IMG/VR virus record: IMGVR_UViG_3300010938_000011
Strand: one strand, 5' to 3'
Source: an uncultured virus (IMG/VR IMGVR_UViG_3300010938_000011)
Taxonomy: Duplodnaviria; Heunggongvirae; Uroviricota; Caudoviricetes
DNA length: 64,000 nucleotides
A model generated the notes under the pieces. The model did not search any database and was not told the origin of the DNA. It was given only the letters and a program-made list of their open reading frames with translations. Shown here in pieces: positions 8,023 to 17,361 of this stretch. Both the position numbers and the translations under genes were made by a program. Every line of letters starts with the position of its first letter. Within the stretch, counting starts at the first letter, position 1.

Positions 8023-10566
8023 ATGGATTCCAAAATAATAGAACAACAGCTAGGCGAAAATTCTCTTTTCCAAGAGGAAGTTTGGAATATCAATTACAAA
8101 TATGAAGATGAAAAATCTTATTTAGATACAGCTAAAAGATTAGCTAAATCTGTTTCTTCAATAGAGGAAAAAAATCAAGCTTATTATGAAGAAAAATTCT
8201 ATGAGATTTTATCTAATTATGAATTCGTTCCTGGAGGAAGAATAATTTCTAATGCTGGAACAGAAACTACTAATACTTATATGAATTGTTTTACCTATAA
8301 TCTACCAAATCTTACTTCTTATAATGTAGATAGTATAATAGGTATAGCTGAATCTTTAAAAGCTCAAATGCTAATATTAGCTTCTGAAGGTGGTTATGGT
8401 ACAAATTTCTCTTTTATAAGACCTAAAGGTTCTTTAATTAAAGGAAGTAAAGGATTACATCCTGGTGTAGTAAAATATATGGAATTATGGAATAAATCTT
8501 CTGAAATAATTACTTTAGGAGCTCCTTATCCTAGAGGACAAGTAGACGTATTCTATAAAAAGAGACCTAGAAAAGGAGCTATGATGGCTATCTTAGATGT
8601 ATGGCATCCAGATATTATAGATTTTATACAAGCTAAAAACAGTAAAGACCATTACTTACAATATTTTAATATTTCTGTAGGAATTACTAAAGAATTTATG
8701 GAAACTTTATCTAAGGATGATTATTGGTATTTAGAATTTCCTGATACTTCTCATCCTGAATATATTTCTAAATGGAATGGTATTTTAGAAGATTGGAAAA
8801 AGCAAGGTTTACCAACCATAGTTTATGAAAAACATAAAGCTTCTTATATATGGAATTTAATAATGGAATCTACTTATAATAGAAATGAGCCTGGAGTAGT
8901 ATTTTTAGATAAAATAAATGATTTAAATCCAATTTCATATGCTGAAGTTATTAGACAAACAAATCCTTGTGGAGAACAACCTTTAGGAGAAGCTGATTCT
9001 TGTAATTTAGGAGCTATTAATTTAGTTAAATTCTATAAAGATGGTACTTTTGATTTTGATAGATTTAGATTTGTAACTAGATTAGCTATAAGATTTTTAG
9101 ATAATGTAATTGATTTATCTCCTTATCCTATTCCTTCTATAAGAGAAAATACGCTAAAGAAAAGAAGAGTAGGTTTAGGAATAATGGGATTAGGATCTTT
9201 ATTTTACTTATTTAATTATAAATATGGAGATTCTGATTCTATAAATCTTACAAAAGAAATTTTTAGAGAAAAATGTAAAATAGAATTAGAGACTTCAGCT
9301 TTATTAGGTAAAGAAAAAGGTGATTTTCCATTATTTGATAAAGAAAAATATTTTTCTACTAAATGGTGGAAAAACTTACCTTTAGATTCTTCCTTTAAAA
9401 AATATATAGAATTTATAGGTCATATGAGAAATTCTCATAGATCGACAGTAGCTCCTACTGGAAATACCTCTATATTAGCTGGAATAGTTTCTGGAGGTAT
9501 AGAGCCTGTTTTTATGAAATCCTATAAAAGATATTTTATAGTTCCTTTATCTGAAGTTCATTCTTTAGAAGAAAAAGGATATAAAATTCCTAAAGATTTT
9601 ACTGAAAATGAACATTTCAAAAAAGCTAAGAAAGGAGATGAAGAAGTTTTAGTAGCTACTATAGAAGGAAAAGAATATGAATACTCTAAATCTTCTGGAC
9701 TAAGAAGAATTGTTCATTTAAAAGATCAAGGCTACTTATTAGCTAAAGAAAAATATGGAGAATCTGAAAATTTTGTAGAAGTAAAAGACTTAACTATTCA
9801 TGACCATATTAAGATTTTAGAAGTAGCTTCTAAATACGTAGATAGTGCTATCTCTAAGACTGTAAATATTCCTTCGAATTATCCTTTTGAAAATTTTAAA
9901 AATTTATACTTAAAAGCTTATTATTCAGCTTCAATAAAAGGCCTAACTTCTTATAGAGAAGGAAGTATGATTGCTGTTTTAGAATCTGAAGACTCTAAAA
10001 CAGAAGTAGAAGAAACAGAATTTGCTAAGTTATTAAAGAACTCTAAATCTACTATAGAAGATATTCCTACAAAATTAGAGGATAATTTCTTAGCTGAAGG
10101 CCATATCTTTAGAGATGGTAAATCTAAATACTATATAATTTTAGCTTTTCTAAAAACTTTAAGAGAAAGACCTTTCGCTATATTTATTACTTCTAATACT
10201 CCAGAAAAATCTGATGTGACCGAAGAAATTATTTTAGCTTTAGAATCTCTAGCTTATAGATCAGGAATTTTAGAAAAGCATATTATTTCTAATAGAGAAA
10301 AATCTAAACATCAACCTAATATAATAAAAATAGCTAGAGTTTTAGGATTGTTATTAAGACATAATGTACCAATAATTGATATTGTAGATGTACTAAATGA
10401 AGTGTCTTCCAATATAAAATCAGTAGTACATTTTATAAGAAAATTACTCTCTAATTACATACCTAATCATTCAAATTCAAGACTAACCTGCCAAATATGT
10501 AAGCATCATCTTACTTATGAAGAAGGATGCCTAAAATGCTTAAATTGTGGCTGGAGTAAATGCTAA
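8023..10566 (+). CDS. nrdJ: class II (adenosylcobalamin-dependent) ribonucleotide reductase
   Basis: F-PGGRI, NCF, GG-G-NFS-IRP, TNPCGEQPL, CNLG, RRVGLGIMGL, APTG, SGGIEP, DSAISKTVN; C-terminal EGC-KC--CGWSKC; no NrdB in window. Confidence 0.93.
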   Translation: MDSKIIEQQLGENSLFQEEVWNINYKYEDEKSYLDTAKRLAKSVSSIEEKNQAYYEEKFYEILSNYEFVPGGRIISNAGTETTNTYMNCFTYNLPNLTSYNVDSIIGIAESLKAQMLILASEGGYGTNFSFIRPKGSLIKGSKGLHPGVVKYMELWNKSSEIITLGAPYPRGQVDVFYKKRPRKGAMMAILDVWHPDIIDFIQAKNSKDHYLQYFNISVGITKEFMETLSKDDYWYLEFPDTSHPEYISKWNGILEDWKKQGLPTIVYEKHKASYIWNLIMESTYNRNEPGVVFLDKINDLNPISYAEVIRQTNPCGEQPLGEADSCNLGAINLVKFYKDGTFDFDRFRFVTRLAIRFLDNVIDLSPYPIPSIRENTLKKRRVGLGIMGLGSLFYLFNYKYGDSDSINLTKEIFREKCKIELETSALLGKEKGDFPLFDKEKYFSTKWWKNLPLDSSFKKYIEFIGHMRNSHRSTVAPTGNTSILAGIVSGGIEPVFMKSYKRYFIVPLSEVHSLEEKGYKIPKDFTENEHFKKAKKGDEEVLVATIEGKEYEYSKSSGLRRIVHLKDQGYLLAKEKYGESENFVEVKDLTIHDHIKILEVASKYVDSAISKTVNIPSNYPFENFKNLYLKAYYSASIKGLTSYREGSMIAVLESEDSKTEVEETEFAKLLKNSKSTIEDIPTKLEDNFLAEGHIFRDGKSKYYIILAFLKTLRERPFAIFITSNTPEKSDVTEEIILALESLAYRSGILEKHIISNREKSKHQPNIIKIARVLGLLLRHNVPIIDIVDVLNEVSSNIKSVVHFIRKLLSNYIPNHSNSRLTCQICKHHLTYEEGCLKCLNCGWSKC

Positions 10567-10629
10567 TTTACTAATCAAAAGTTATTATGAAGGTTCAGAT
10601 ATAATCTACTAAGATTAATTCTAGAAACG

Positions 10630-10670
10630 AAATAGTAAGAGAGATTGTTTTAATCTCTCTTACTATTTTT
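10630..10670 (+). terminator. 17-bp perfect hairpin, likely terminator
   Basis: AAATAGTAAGAGAGATT-GTTTT-AATCTCTCTTACTATTT followed by T; downstream of nrdJ. Confidence 0.75.
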
Positions 10671-10686
10671 ATTATAAGGAGGATAT

Positions 10687-11100
10687 ATGAAAAAAATAAG
10701 TTTATTTCTTTTATTAATATTTTTAGCTTGTACTAATGAAGTAATAAAAAATCCTAAAATAAAACAATTAGATGATTATATAAAAAATGAGCAAAAAGAA
10801 ATTAAAGTAATAAAGGAAGTTTTAATTGAAAAGAAAAAGAATCCTTCTTCTATCTCTTCTAAAGAAATAGAAGAGCTTATCAATAAATTAGATCTTACTG
10901 AGAAAACTTTAGAAAATTATTCTTTTATAATTAAGGAAAATGAAAGACTTCAAAAAGAATTAAAAGAATGTTCCGATAATAATTTTAATGGCTTAAGAAA
11001 TTTAATTTATGCTTTTGGAATTGGATTTGTTATAGGGCTTTTAATAAACCTTATATTACCTATTTTGCTTAAAATTTTAAAAGCTTTTATTTCTACTTAG
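10687..11100 (+). CDS. lipoprotein with C-terminal TM helix (unimolecular-spanin-like topology)
   Basis: MKKISLFLLLIFLA|C lipobox, coiled coil, LIYAFGIGFVIGLLINLILPILL. Confidence 0.6.
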   Translation: MKKISLFLLLIFLACTNEVIKNPKIKQLDDYIKNEQKEIKVIKEVLIEKKKNPSSISSKEIEELINKLDLTEKTLENYSFIIKENERLQKELKECSDNNFNGLRNLIYAFGIGFVIGLLINLILPILLKILKAFIST

Positions 11101-11113
11101 GAGATTAGTAAAA

Positions 11114-11470
11114 ATGTATAAGGTATTTGGATACCATTTAGTTCTAAATCTATATGAATGTAATCCTGAAAAATTAAAAGATGGTGAATTTATAAAGAAT
11201 ACAATTATACAATTATGTGACTTAATAAAAATGAAAAGGTATGGAGATTGTATTTTAGAACATTTTGGAGAAAGTGAAGATGTAAAAGGATATACAGCTG
11301 TTCAATTAATAGAAACAAGCAACATAATAGCACATTTTGTAGAAAAAACTAATAAAATTTTTTTTGATGTATTTTCTTGTAAAGATTTTGAATCAGAACC
11401 AGTTATTCAATTTTTAAAGGAAGCTTTCGAAGCTAAAGAGTATTCATATTCATTTTTAATAAGAGACTAA
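11114..11470 (+). CDS. second, divergent SpeD-like pyruvoyl decarboxylase
   Basis: FGYHLVLNLYEC, GYTAVQLIET|SNI-AHF, FFDVFSCKDF. Confidence 0.85.
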   Translation: MYKVFGYHLVLNLYECNPEKLKDGEFIKNTIIQLCDLIKMKRYGDCILEHFGESEDVKGYTAVQLIETSNIIAHFVEKTNKIFFDVFSCKDFESEPVIQFLKEAFEAKEYSYSFLIRD

Positions 11471-11488
11471 AAATTATAGGAGGTAAAT

Positions 11489-13234
11489 ATGGATAAAAAA
11501 ACTATAGATAAAGTATATTATGAGACAGGAGAAATCCTTATTACTGACTCACAATACGACGAGCTTTATAATCCTCAAGAAGAAGTAAATGAAGATGTTT
11601 ATTCTGAAAATAAGGTAAAGCATTGGTATCCTCAAACCTCTGTAGTTAAAACATATAATATAGATGATCTACTAGAATTTATTTCTTCTTTTAAAGAAGT
11701 TTTAGTACAACCAAAATTAGATGGAATGACAGCTATAGCTTATTATGAAAATTATACTTTAAAGCATTTTTTGACTAGAGGAAATGGTATTTATGGAGAA
11801 TCTATTATAGAATATTCTAAATTCTTACCTCAAAAAATAAATTTTGAAAGAGCTATAATAAAAGGAGAATTAGTAATTTCTATTAAGAATTACTTACAAT
11901 TTAAAGAAGAATATTCTTTACCAAGATCATTTGTTGTAGGAAATATAAAATCTAAATATAATAATCCAGAATTGCTAAAGTATATAGATTTCCTAGTATT
12001 TGAAGCTTATTTTGATGAAAATAGAAGTCTTTTAGATAATTTGCTTATAGCAAAAAGTTTAAATTTTAAAATAGCTCCTACTTATATTCAAAAAGAAATT
12101 TCAGAAAATATGTTATCAAATTATTATTCTTCTTTTATTTCTGAATATCCTTCTGATGGAATTATTTTAAGAAAAAATGATATTATAGAAGCTAAAAAGA
12201 AGGGACTATTTACTGAAGAACCAAAATATATTATAGCTTTTAAATTTAAATCTCTTTCTAAAGAAACAGAAGTTATAGACGTAAAATGGAATATAACTAA
12301 AAGTGGAAAATACTCTCCAGTAGCTATTTTAAAACCTATAGAGCTAAATGGTTCTTTAGTAGAAAAAGTAACTTTATTTAATTATGAATTTGTAAAATTA
12401 AATAGAGTAGGAAAAGCTTCTAAAGTTATAGTTTCAAAACATGGAGAAATTATTCCTTATATAGATAAAATAATTAGTCCTTTAGATACTTTAGTTTTTC
12501 CTAATAGATGTAGATATTGTAACTCTAAATTAGTTCAAGAAGGAGTACATTTATTTTGTAAAAATTCTAATTGTATAGGAAGAAATTATGTAAAGTATTT
12601 TAATTTTCTTAGAGCTTTAGGAATTAAACATCTAGGTATTAAAACTTTTGAAAAATATTCTAAATACATAAATTCTTATTTAGATGCTTTATATATTGAT
12701 AAGCATTTTGAAGATACTAAATTTTTAAATAAAATAAAGAAAGAACTAGAATCTATTAGAAATAATTTAACTTTAGAGACGTTTTTAGTGGCTTTAGGAA
12801 TAGATAATTGTTCTATTAAAACTATAAAAGTAATATTATCTATAGCTAAATCTAAAGAACATTTAATAGAAATATTGCAAGATACTAATAAGTTAATAAC
12901 AATTCCAAATGTAGGACCTATTACAGCTTCAAATATTGTAGAATTTTTTAATAGAAATGCTTACATTTTAGATTTTATAAAATCTTATAGCTTTAAAGAG
13001 CCTTCTAAAAAATCTAATAAATTAGCTGGATTAAATATTTCTATTACAGGAAAATTCTCCATTCCAAGAAAGGAAATTATAAAATTAATAGAAGAGAATG
13101 GAGGTAAAGTCCTTAACTTATCTAAAAATACTAATATTTTGTTAGTAGGAGAAAATCCTACTTCTAGGAAAGTAGATTTTGCTAAAACTAATGGAATACA
13201 AATTGTAATTGATTTAAATACTATATTAAATTAA
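11489..13234 (+). CDS. ligA: NAD-dependent DNA ligase
   Basis: YY...ITDSQYD, PKLDG, TRGNG-YGE, KGE, DGIIL, AFKF, OB fold, C4 zinc finger, HhH, BRCT (ITGKF...GG). Confidence 0.95.
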   Translation: MDKKTIDKVYYETGEILITDSQYDELYNPQEEVNEDVYSENKVKHWYPQTSVVKTYNIDDLLEFISSFKEVLVQPKLDGMTAIAYYENYTLKHFLTRGNGIYGESIIEYSKFLPQKINFERAIIKGELVISIKNYLQFKEEYSLPRSFVVGNIKSKYNNPELLKYIDFLVFEAYFDENRSLLDNLLIAKSLNFKIAPTYIQKEISENMLSNYYSSFISEYPSDGIILRKNDIIEAKKKGLFTEEPKYIIAFKFKSLSKETEVIDVKWNITKSGKYSPVAILKPIELNGSLVEKVTLFNYEFVKLNRVGKASKVIVSKHGEIIPYIDKIISPLDTLVFPNRCRYCNSKLVQEGVHLFCKNSNCIGRNYVKYFNFLRALGIKHLGIKTFEKYSKYINSYLDALYIDKHFEDTKFLNKIKKELESIRNNLTLETFLVALGIDNCSIKTIKVILSIAKSKEHLIEILQDTNKLITIPNVGPITASNIVEFFNRNAYILDFIKSYSFKEPSKKSNKLAGLNISITGKFSIPRKEIIKLIEENGGKVLNLSKNTNILLVGENPTSRKVDFAKTNGIQIVIDLNTILN

Positions 13235-13235
13235 G

Positions 13236-13940
13236 ATGAAAGTAAAAGTAGATCTTTATGAAATGGCTGATTATTTCGAAGTAAAGCCTAAAGTCATAAT
13301 ACAAATATTAAAAGAATATAAAGAGCAATATAATGAATTACCTACTGTAGAAGAGCTCGAAAGAAGAATTGTTTTATATAAAAATTCTTATCTTAAAGAA
13401 AATTTAGCTGCCGTTATTGCAGGATTAAGTAGAATTGGTTCAGTTTTAGCTAGAGTCGGAGGAGCTATAGTAAATTTTTTAAAAACTCCAGCTGGAAGAT
13501 TTTTATTAAGAACTATTATTTTACATTATTCTAAAGAAGTTTTCTCTTCTAGAGATGAAACTGATTTAAAAAATAATGTACAAAAGGCTTTAAATACTTT
13601 ATTTGGGTCTAGAGCTAAAAATATTTTGGATAATTTAGATGCTCTAAAGTTAGATTCAGGATTATCTAATAATATTAATGTAGAATTTCCAGCTTTTAAT
13701 CAATTACAAAATTCTCTAAAAAATAATGATTTATTTAAAGAAGTAGTAATTAATGATGATTCTGTTAAAAGATATTTAATTTTGAAAAGCTTATTAACAG
13801 GAGTTTCTTTAGATCAATTAGAACAACAAGAAGCAAGAGAAATAGTAGATGGTCTTAGAAGATCTATTTCTAATTCAAATCCTACTGAACAAAAAAGTCA
13901 AGAAGCTAATAAAGAAAATGAAAAAGTTTCCTTATTATAA
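13236..13940 (+). CDS. putative internal virion protein with propeptide
   Basis: YLKE|N followed by an amphipathic Gly/Ala helix; TACTAT 13219. Confidence 0.55.
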   Translation: MKVKVDLYEMADYFEVKPKVIIQILKEYKEQYNELPTVEELERRIVLYKNSYLKENLAAVIAGLSRIGSVLARVGGAIVNFLKTPAGRFLLRTIILHYSKEVFSSRDETDLKNNVQKALNTLFGSRAKNILDNLDALKLDSGLSNNINVEFPAFNQLQNSLKNNDLFKEVVINDDSVKRYLILKSLLTGVSLDQLEQQEAREIVDGLRRSISNSNPTEQKSQEANKENEKVSLL

Positions 13941-13958
13941 AAAGGAGGATTAATAATT

Positions 13959-16100
13959 ATGGCAGAAAATCAAACTACAAATAGACCTAGTATTGAAAAT
14001 GAAGCTTCCTTTCTTACTATTGATAGTTCTTTATTAAATGATTATTTAGACTTTTTATTAAAGACCTTTTTAGCTTCGGATGTAAAATATCCTATTTTAT
14101 TATATTCAGATCCTGGTGGAGGCAAATCTTCAACTGTAAAAGCTTTAACATTTAGATCTTTTAAAAATCATTCCTTTTTAGATTTTAGAGTTCCTTCTTT
14201 AACTGTTTTTGATATTATAGGATATCCTATTTTAAATGTCTCAAAACCTGCTGAAATTTTTTTAGCTAATTTTTTAGAAAAACTATCTGATAAATATAGA
14301 GGAACTTTTCCTAGAGAGCTTAAGGATTATTTAGTAAGGTTATCTTCTTCTAAATCTAATGATTTAACTCTTACTTATTCTGAATTTTTAGAAAAGTTTA
14401 ATTCTTTTTTAGAAGAAAATATTACTACTTTCGAACAATATAAAGATTTTATACAATTCTTAAAAAGTGAAGGCCTATCAGTATTTTTAGATGATTTTAT
14501 ATTAAGATCTATAGCAATGCTTATAAGATCTTTAGGTAAAAATCTTTTAAGTAAAGACAAAACTAATATCGAAGATAAAGATTTACAATTAGTAGAAAAT
14601 AGTATTCTTTATACTCATGAGAGTATGCCTAGTGCTACTACTTATTCAGTAAATTCCTCTTTAGTATTTGCTTCTAGTGTTCCATGTATTTTATTTCTTG
14701 ATGAGATTAATAGAGCTCCAGATTATACTATTTTAAACACGTCTTTATCTTTATTCTTAGATAGAAAAATACCTACCAATGGTCTTACTCTTCATCCTGA
14801 TACAATAGTTGTAGCAGCGGCTAACCCAGCTACTACTTCTAAAGAAGAAGGTGGAGAAGCTTTAAAACAATTACCTAGAGCTCTTATAGATAGATCTATA
14901 AAGGTTCCTGTATACCCAGATCCTAAAGCTTCTTCAATAATTTTTGATATTAATTTAGAAACTGAAGATAAATCTAGAATTGGAAAGAGATTATCTACTT
15001 CTAGAGATTTAGCTGCTTCAGTAGCTTCAGTTTTAAGACTGAAATATCCAAATAATTTTTATATAAAGCTATTTTCTATGGGTCATTTAGACTTAATTCT
15101 TAATCATTATTATAGACCAGAAGTTTATAATTTAAAATTTAAGCCAAATGATTTTATTTCTCAATTTGTTAAACAATTATTTGATATAGAAGGTCCTAAT
15201 CCTTCAGAACATTTATTAGAATATATTTTAGTAAATGATATCTATATCAATTTAACTAGTTTAGAAGATCTTAAAGAAAAAAATTCTAATTTATCAGACT
15301 TTTTCAAAAAATTACGTGATGATATTAAAAATATTTTTATAAATTCTAATAATAAATTTTTAGCTTCTGATTTAGCTAGTTCTGCTATTTCTACTTCTAA
15401 AGTTTCAGGTCAATATATTTTTGATGTATTTACTAATTTAGGTGAAGTAGAAAATGTTATAAGAAATGCTGCTGGAAAAGGCCAAGCTTATAGAAATCTT
15501 TTAGATCTTCTCAAAAATGAAGATTTAAATGAGAATACTCTAAATGAAATTATTAGCTTAACAAGAGAAAATTTTTATAAAAATGGATTATATTTAAAAT
15601 ATATAGAAAAGCTTTTGAAATTTTTTAAAGAAGGTTTTAATATAGAGGATAAAAATATTACTCATTCTACTACTTTATCAGCCTTCTTTTTAAAACATCT
15701 TTCTTCTTCCTCTTTAAAAGATTTGCTTAATATTTATAAAGAATTTACTAATATTTCTTCTACAGGAGAATTTGCTAAAAAACTTTTAAGCCAAAGATCT
15801 TTAGCTTTAGTAGCTAATCATTTAAATAATTTACTATTTATATTGAAAAGTAGGTCTTCTCCATTGCTTGATGAAAAAAATAAAAGTAAGGCTGAAGATA
15901 TTTATTCTCTTTTCAAAGAATTAAAAGAAAAAGGATTATTAAAAACTTTTTTATATAATCAAGTTTTATCAGTTTTTGGGTATTTTGATAAAGCTTTTGT
16001 AGAATTTTATTCTTCAATAGCTTCTGAAAGAAATGAAGCTATTGAAATTGATGAACAACCTACTTCTTTAGATCAATACAATAATGGATACCATATCTAG
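13959..16100 (+). CDS. MoxR-like AAA+ ATPase with insertion and long helical C-terminus
   Basis: Walker A SDPGGGKSS, Walker B ILFLDEINRA, sensor VVAAANP, Arg finger ALIDR. Confidence 0.85.
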   Translation: MAENQTTNRPSIENEASFLTIDSSLLNDYLDFLLKTFLASDVKYPILLYSDPGGGKSSTVKALTFRSFKNHSFLDFRVPSLTVFDIIGYPILNVSKPAEIFLANFLEKLSDKYRGTFPRELKDYLVRLSSSKSNDLTLTYSEFLEKFNSFLEENITTFEQYKDFIQFLKSEGLSVFLDDFILRSIAMLIRSLGKNLLSKDKTNIEDKDLQLVENSILYTHESMPSATTYSVNSSLVFASSVPCILFLDEINRAPDYTILNTSLSLFLDRKIPTNGLTLHPDTIVVAAANPATTSKEEGGEALKQLPRALIDRSIKVPVYPDPKASSIIFDINLETEDKSRIGKRLSTSRDLAASVASVLRLKYPNNFYIKLFSMGHLDLILNHYYRPEVYNLKFKPNDFISQFVKQLFDIEGPNPSEHLLEYILVNDIYINLTSLEDLKEKNSNLSDFFKKLRDDIKNIFINSNNKFLASDLASSAISTSKVSGQYIFDVFTNLGEVENVIRNAAGKGQAYRNLLDLLKNEDLNENTLNEIISLTRENFYKNGLYLKYIEKLLKFFKEGFNIEDKNITHSTTLSAFFLKHLSSSSLKDLLNIYKEFTNISSTGEFAKKLLSQRSLALVANHLNNLLFILKSRSSPLLDEKNKSKAEDIYSLFKELKEKGLLKTFLYNQVLSVFGYFDKAFVEFYSSIASERNEAIEIDEQPTSLDQYNNGYHI

Positions 16101-16245
16101 AATAGAACAAGATATTCCAACCGAAGAGGCTGAAGAAGAAAAATTTTATTCTGTAGAAGAGCTTATATCTAAAGTTTCTTATGAAGAATTTCAAAAAGCA
16201 CTTTTTCATTTACTAAATAGAGGAGGATATTATGCCAAAATTTAA
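16084..16245 (+). CDS. 53-aa acidic ORF, not in track (separate gene or +1 continuation of the AAA gene)
   Basis: MDTISRIEQDIPTEEAEEEKFYSVEELISKVSYEEFQKALFHLLNRGGYYAKI*; genome-typical codons; no SD. Confidence 0.55.
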   Translation: MDTISRIEQDIPTEEAEEEKFYSVEELISKVSYEEFQKALFHLLNRGGYYAKI

Positions 16246-16525
16246 GGATACATCTGATTACGAAAGTAAACAATCTGAGAGAGCCAAAAGAGCTGTTTCA
16301 GGAGTAAGCTCTTTAAATGCTAAAGATTATTTAGGTCAAAGTTCTACTCTTTTAAGTTTTATTTCTTTAATGTCTTCCTTTTTCGCTTCAAATTTTGAAG
16401 AATTTTTTAAAGAAGTTGCTTCTAAAAATTATAAAGATATTAATGAATTAGGTTCAAGTATTGATAAAATTCTTTTTGAAAAAGATATTTTTAAAAAATT
16501 TTATACTACTTTATGTTATATTTAA
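16232..16525 (+). CDS. hypothetical protein (possibly fused to the next ORF by a -1 shift)
   Basis: AGGAGGA SD; ORF track. Confidence 0.65.
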   Translation: MPKFKDTSDYESKQSERAKRAVSGVSSLNAKDYLGQSSTLLSFISLMSSFFASNFEEFFKEVASKNYKDINELGSSIDKILFEKDIFKKFYTTLCYI

Positions 16526-17361
16526 ATTTATTTCTTAATAATAATTTACTTGAATTCGTAAAGAAAGCTAAAACTGTTTTTTCTGAAATTTTTGGATATT
16601 ATTCTGATAGATTAGATATATCTAAAAAAGATTTTACTAGAGTACTTTTACTACCACTTGAAGTACTGTTCTCTACTGAAAAAAATTCTAATTTAGTTAA
16701 AGCTATTGAAGAAGCTTATGAAAATGAGCCTCAACTTAGAGAAATTTATGAAAAATTAGTAGACTTTTTAAAAGAAGAAAGTAGCTTATATTTTTCTTTA
16801 ATAAATGAAAATTCTAAATCGAAAAGCCCTATAGTAGAAGAATTATTAAGAGATATTGAAAGTTTTTTTGACTCTGTTAAAAAGGACCCTGAAGCCTTTA
16901 AGTATTTTACTCAATTACTCTTAGGATTTTTTGCTTATGCTTTTCTATATCATTTAAAAGAATCTTCTAATTTAAAAATAGACGAAATAGATGAAAGTGT
17001 AAGAAATTATTTAAGAAATTTAGATAATAATGTAATGAATCATTATAATTCTAAATATAAAAGTCTAGTAGACAAAATATTAGAAAAAGAAGATAAATTC
17101 TTTACTGAGTTAGTTAAATCTATGGACTTAAATGGCTTGTTATCCTTATTAGAAGAATTAGATAAAGCTTATATGGAAAAGGTAGATTCTGAAAGATATG
17201 ATGAATTGCAAAATATGCAATCTAACGCTTTGACTTTATTATCTACTTCAGAAGAATTTTTAGATTTAAGAAAATCTCTTATTGAACAAGAATTGCTTGA
17301 GAAAATTAATATTACTGCTGATATTTTACATAAATTTGTAGGAACAGAGAAAAATGAGTAA
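16513..17361 (+). CDS. hypothetical helical protein
   Basis: ORF track; no SD at ATG. Confidence 0.7.
   Translation: MLYLNLFLNNNLLEFVKKAKTVFSEIFGYYSDRLDISKKDFTRVLLLPLEVLFSTEKNSNLVKAIEEAYENEPQLREIYEKLVDFLKEESSLYFSLINENSKSKSPIVEELLRDIESFFDSVKKDPEAFKYFTQLLLGFFAYAFLYHLKESSNLKIDEIDESVRNYLRNLDNNVMNHYNSKYKSLVDKILEKEDKFFTELVKSMDLNGLLSLLEELDKAYMEKVDSERYDELQNMQSNALTLLSTSEEFLDLRKSLIEQELLEKINITADILHKFVGTEKNE

Noticed and set aside
8023..10566. Intein or intron in nrdJ (also checked terL and ligA)
   Set aside because: Motifs are contiguous, lengths are ordinary, and no splice-junction or homing-endonuclease motifs were seen
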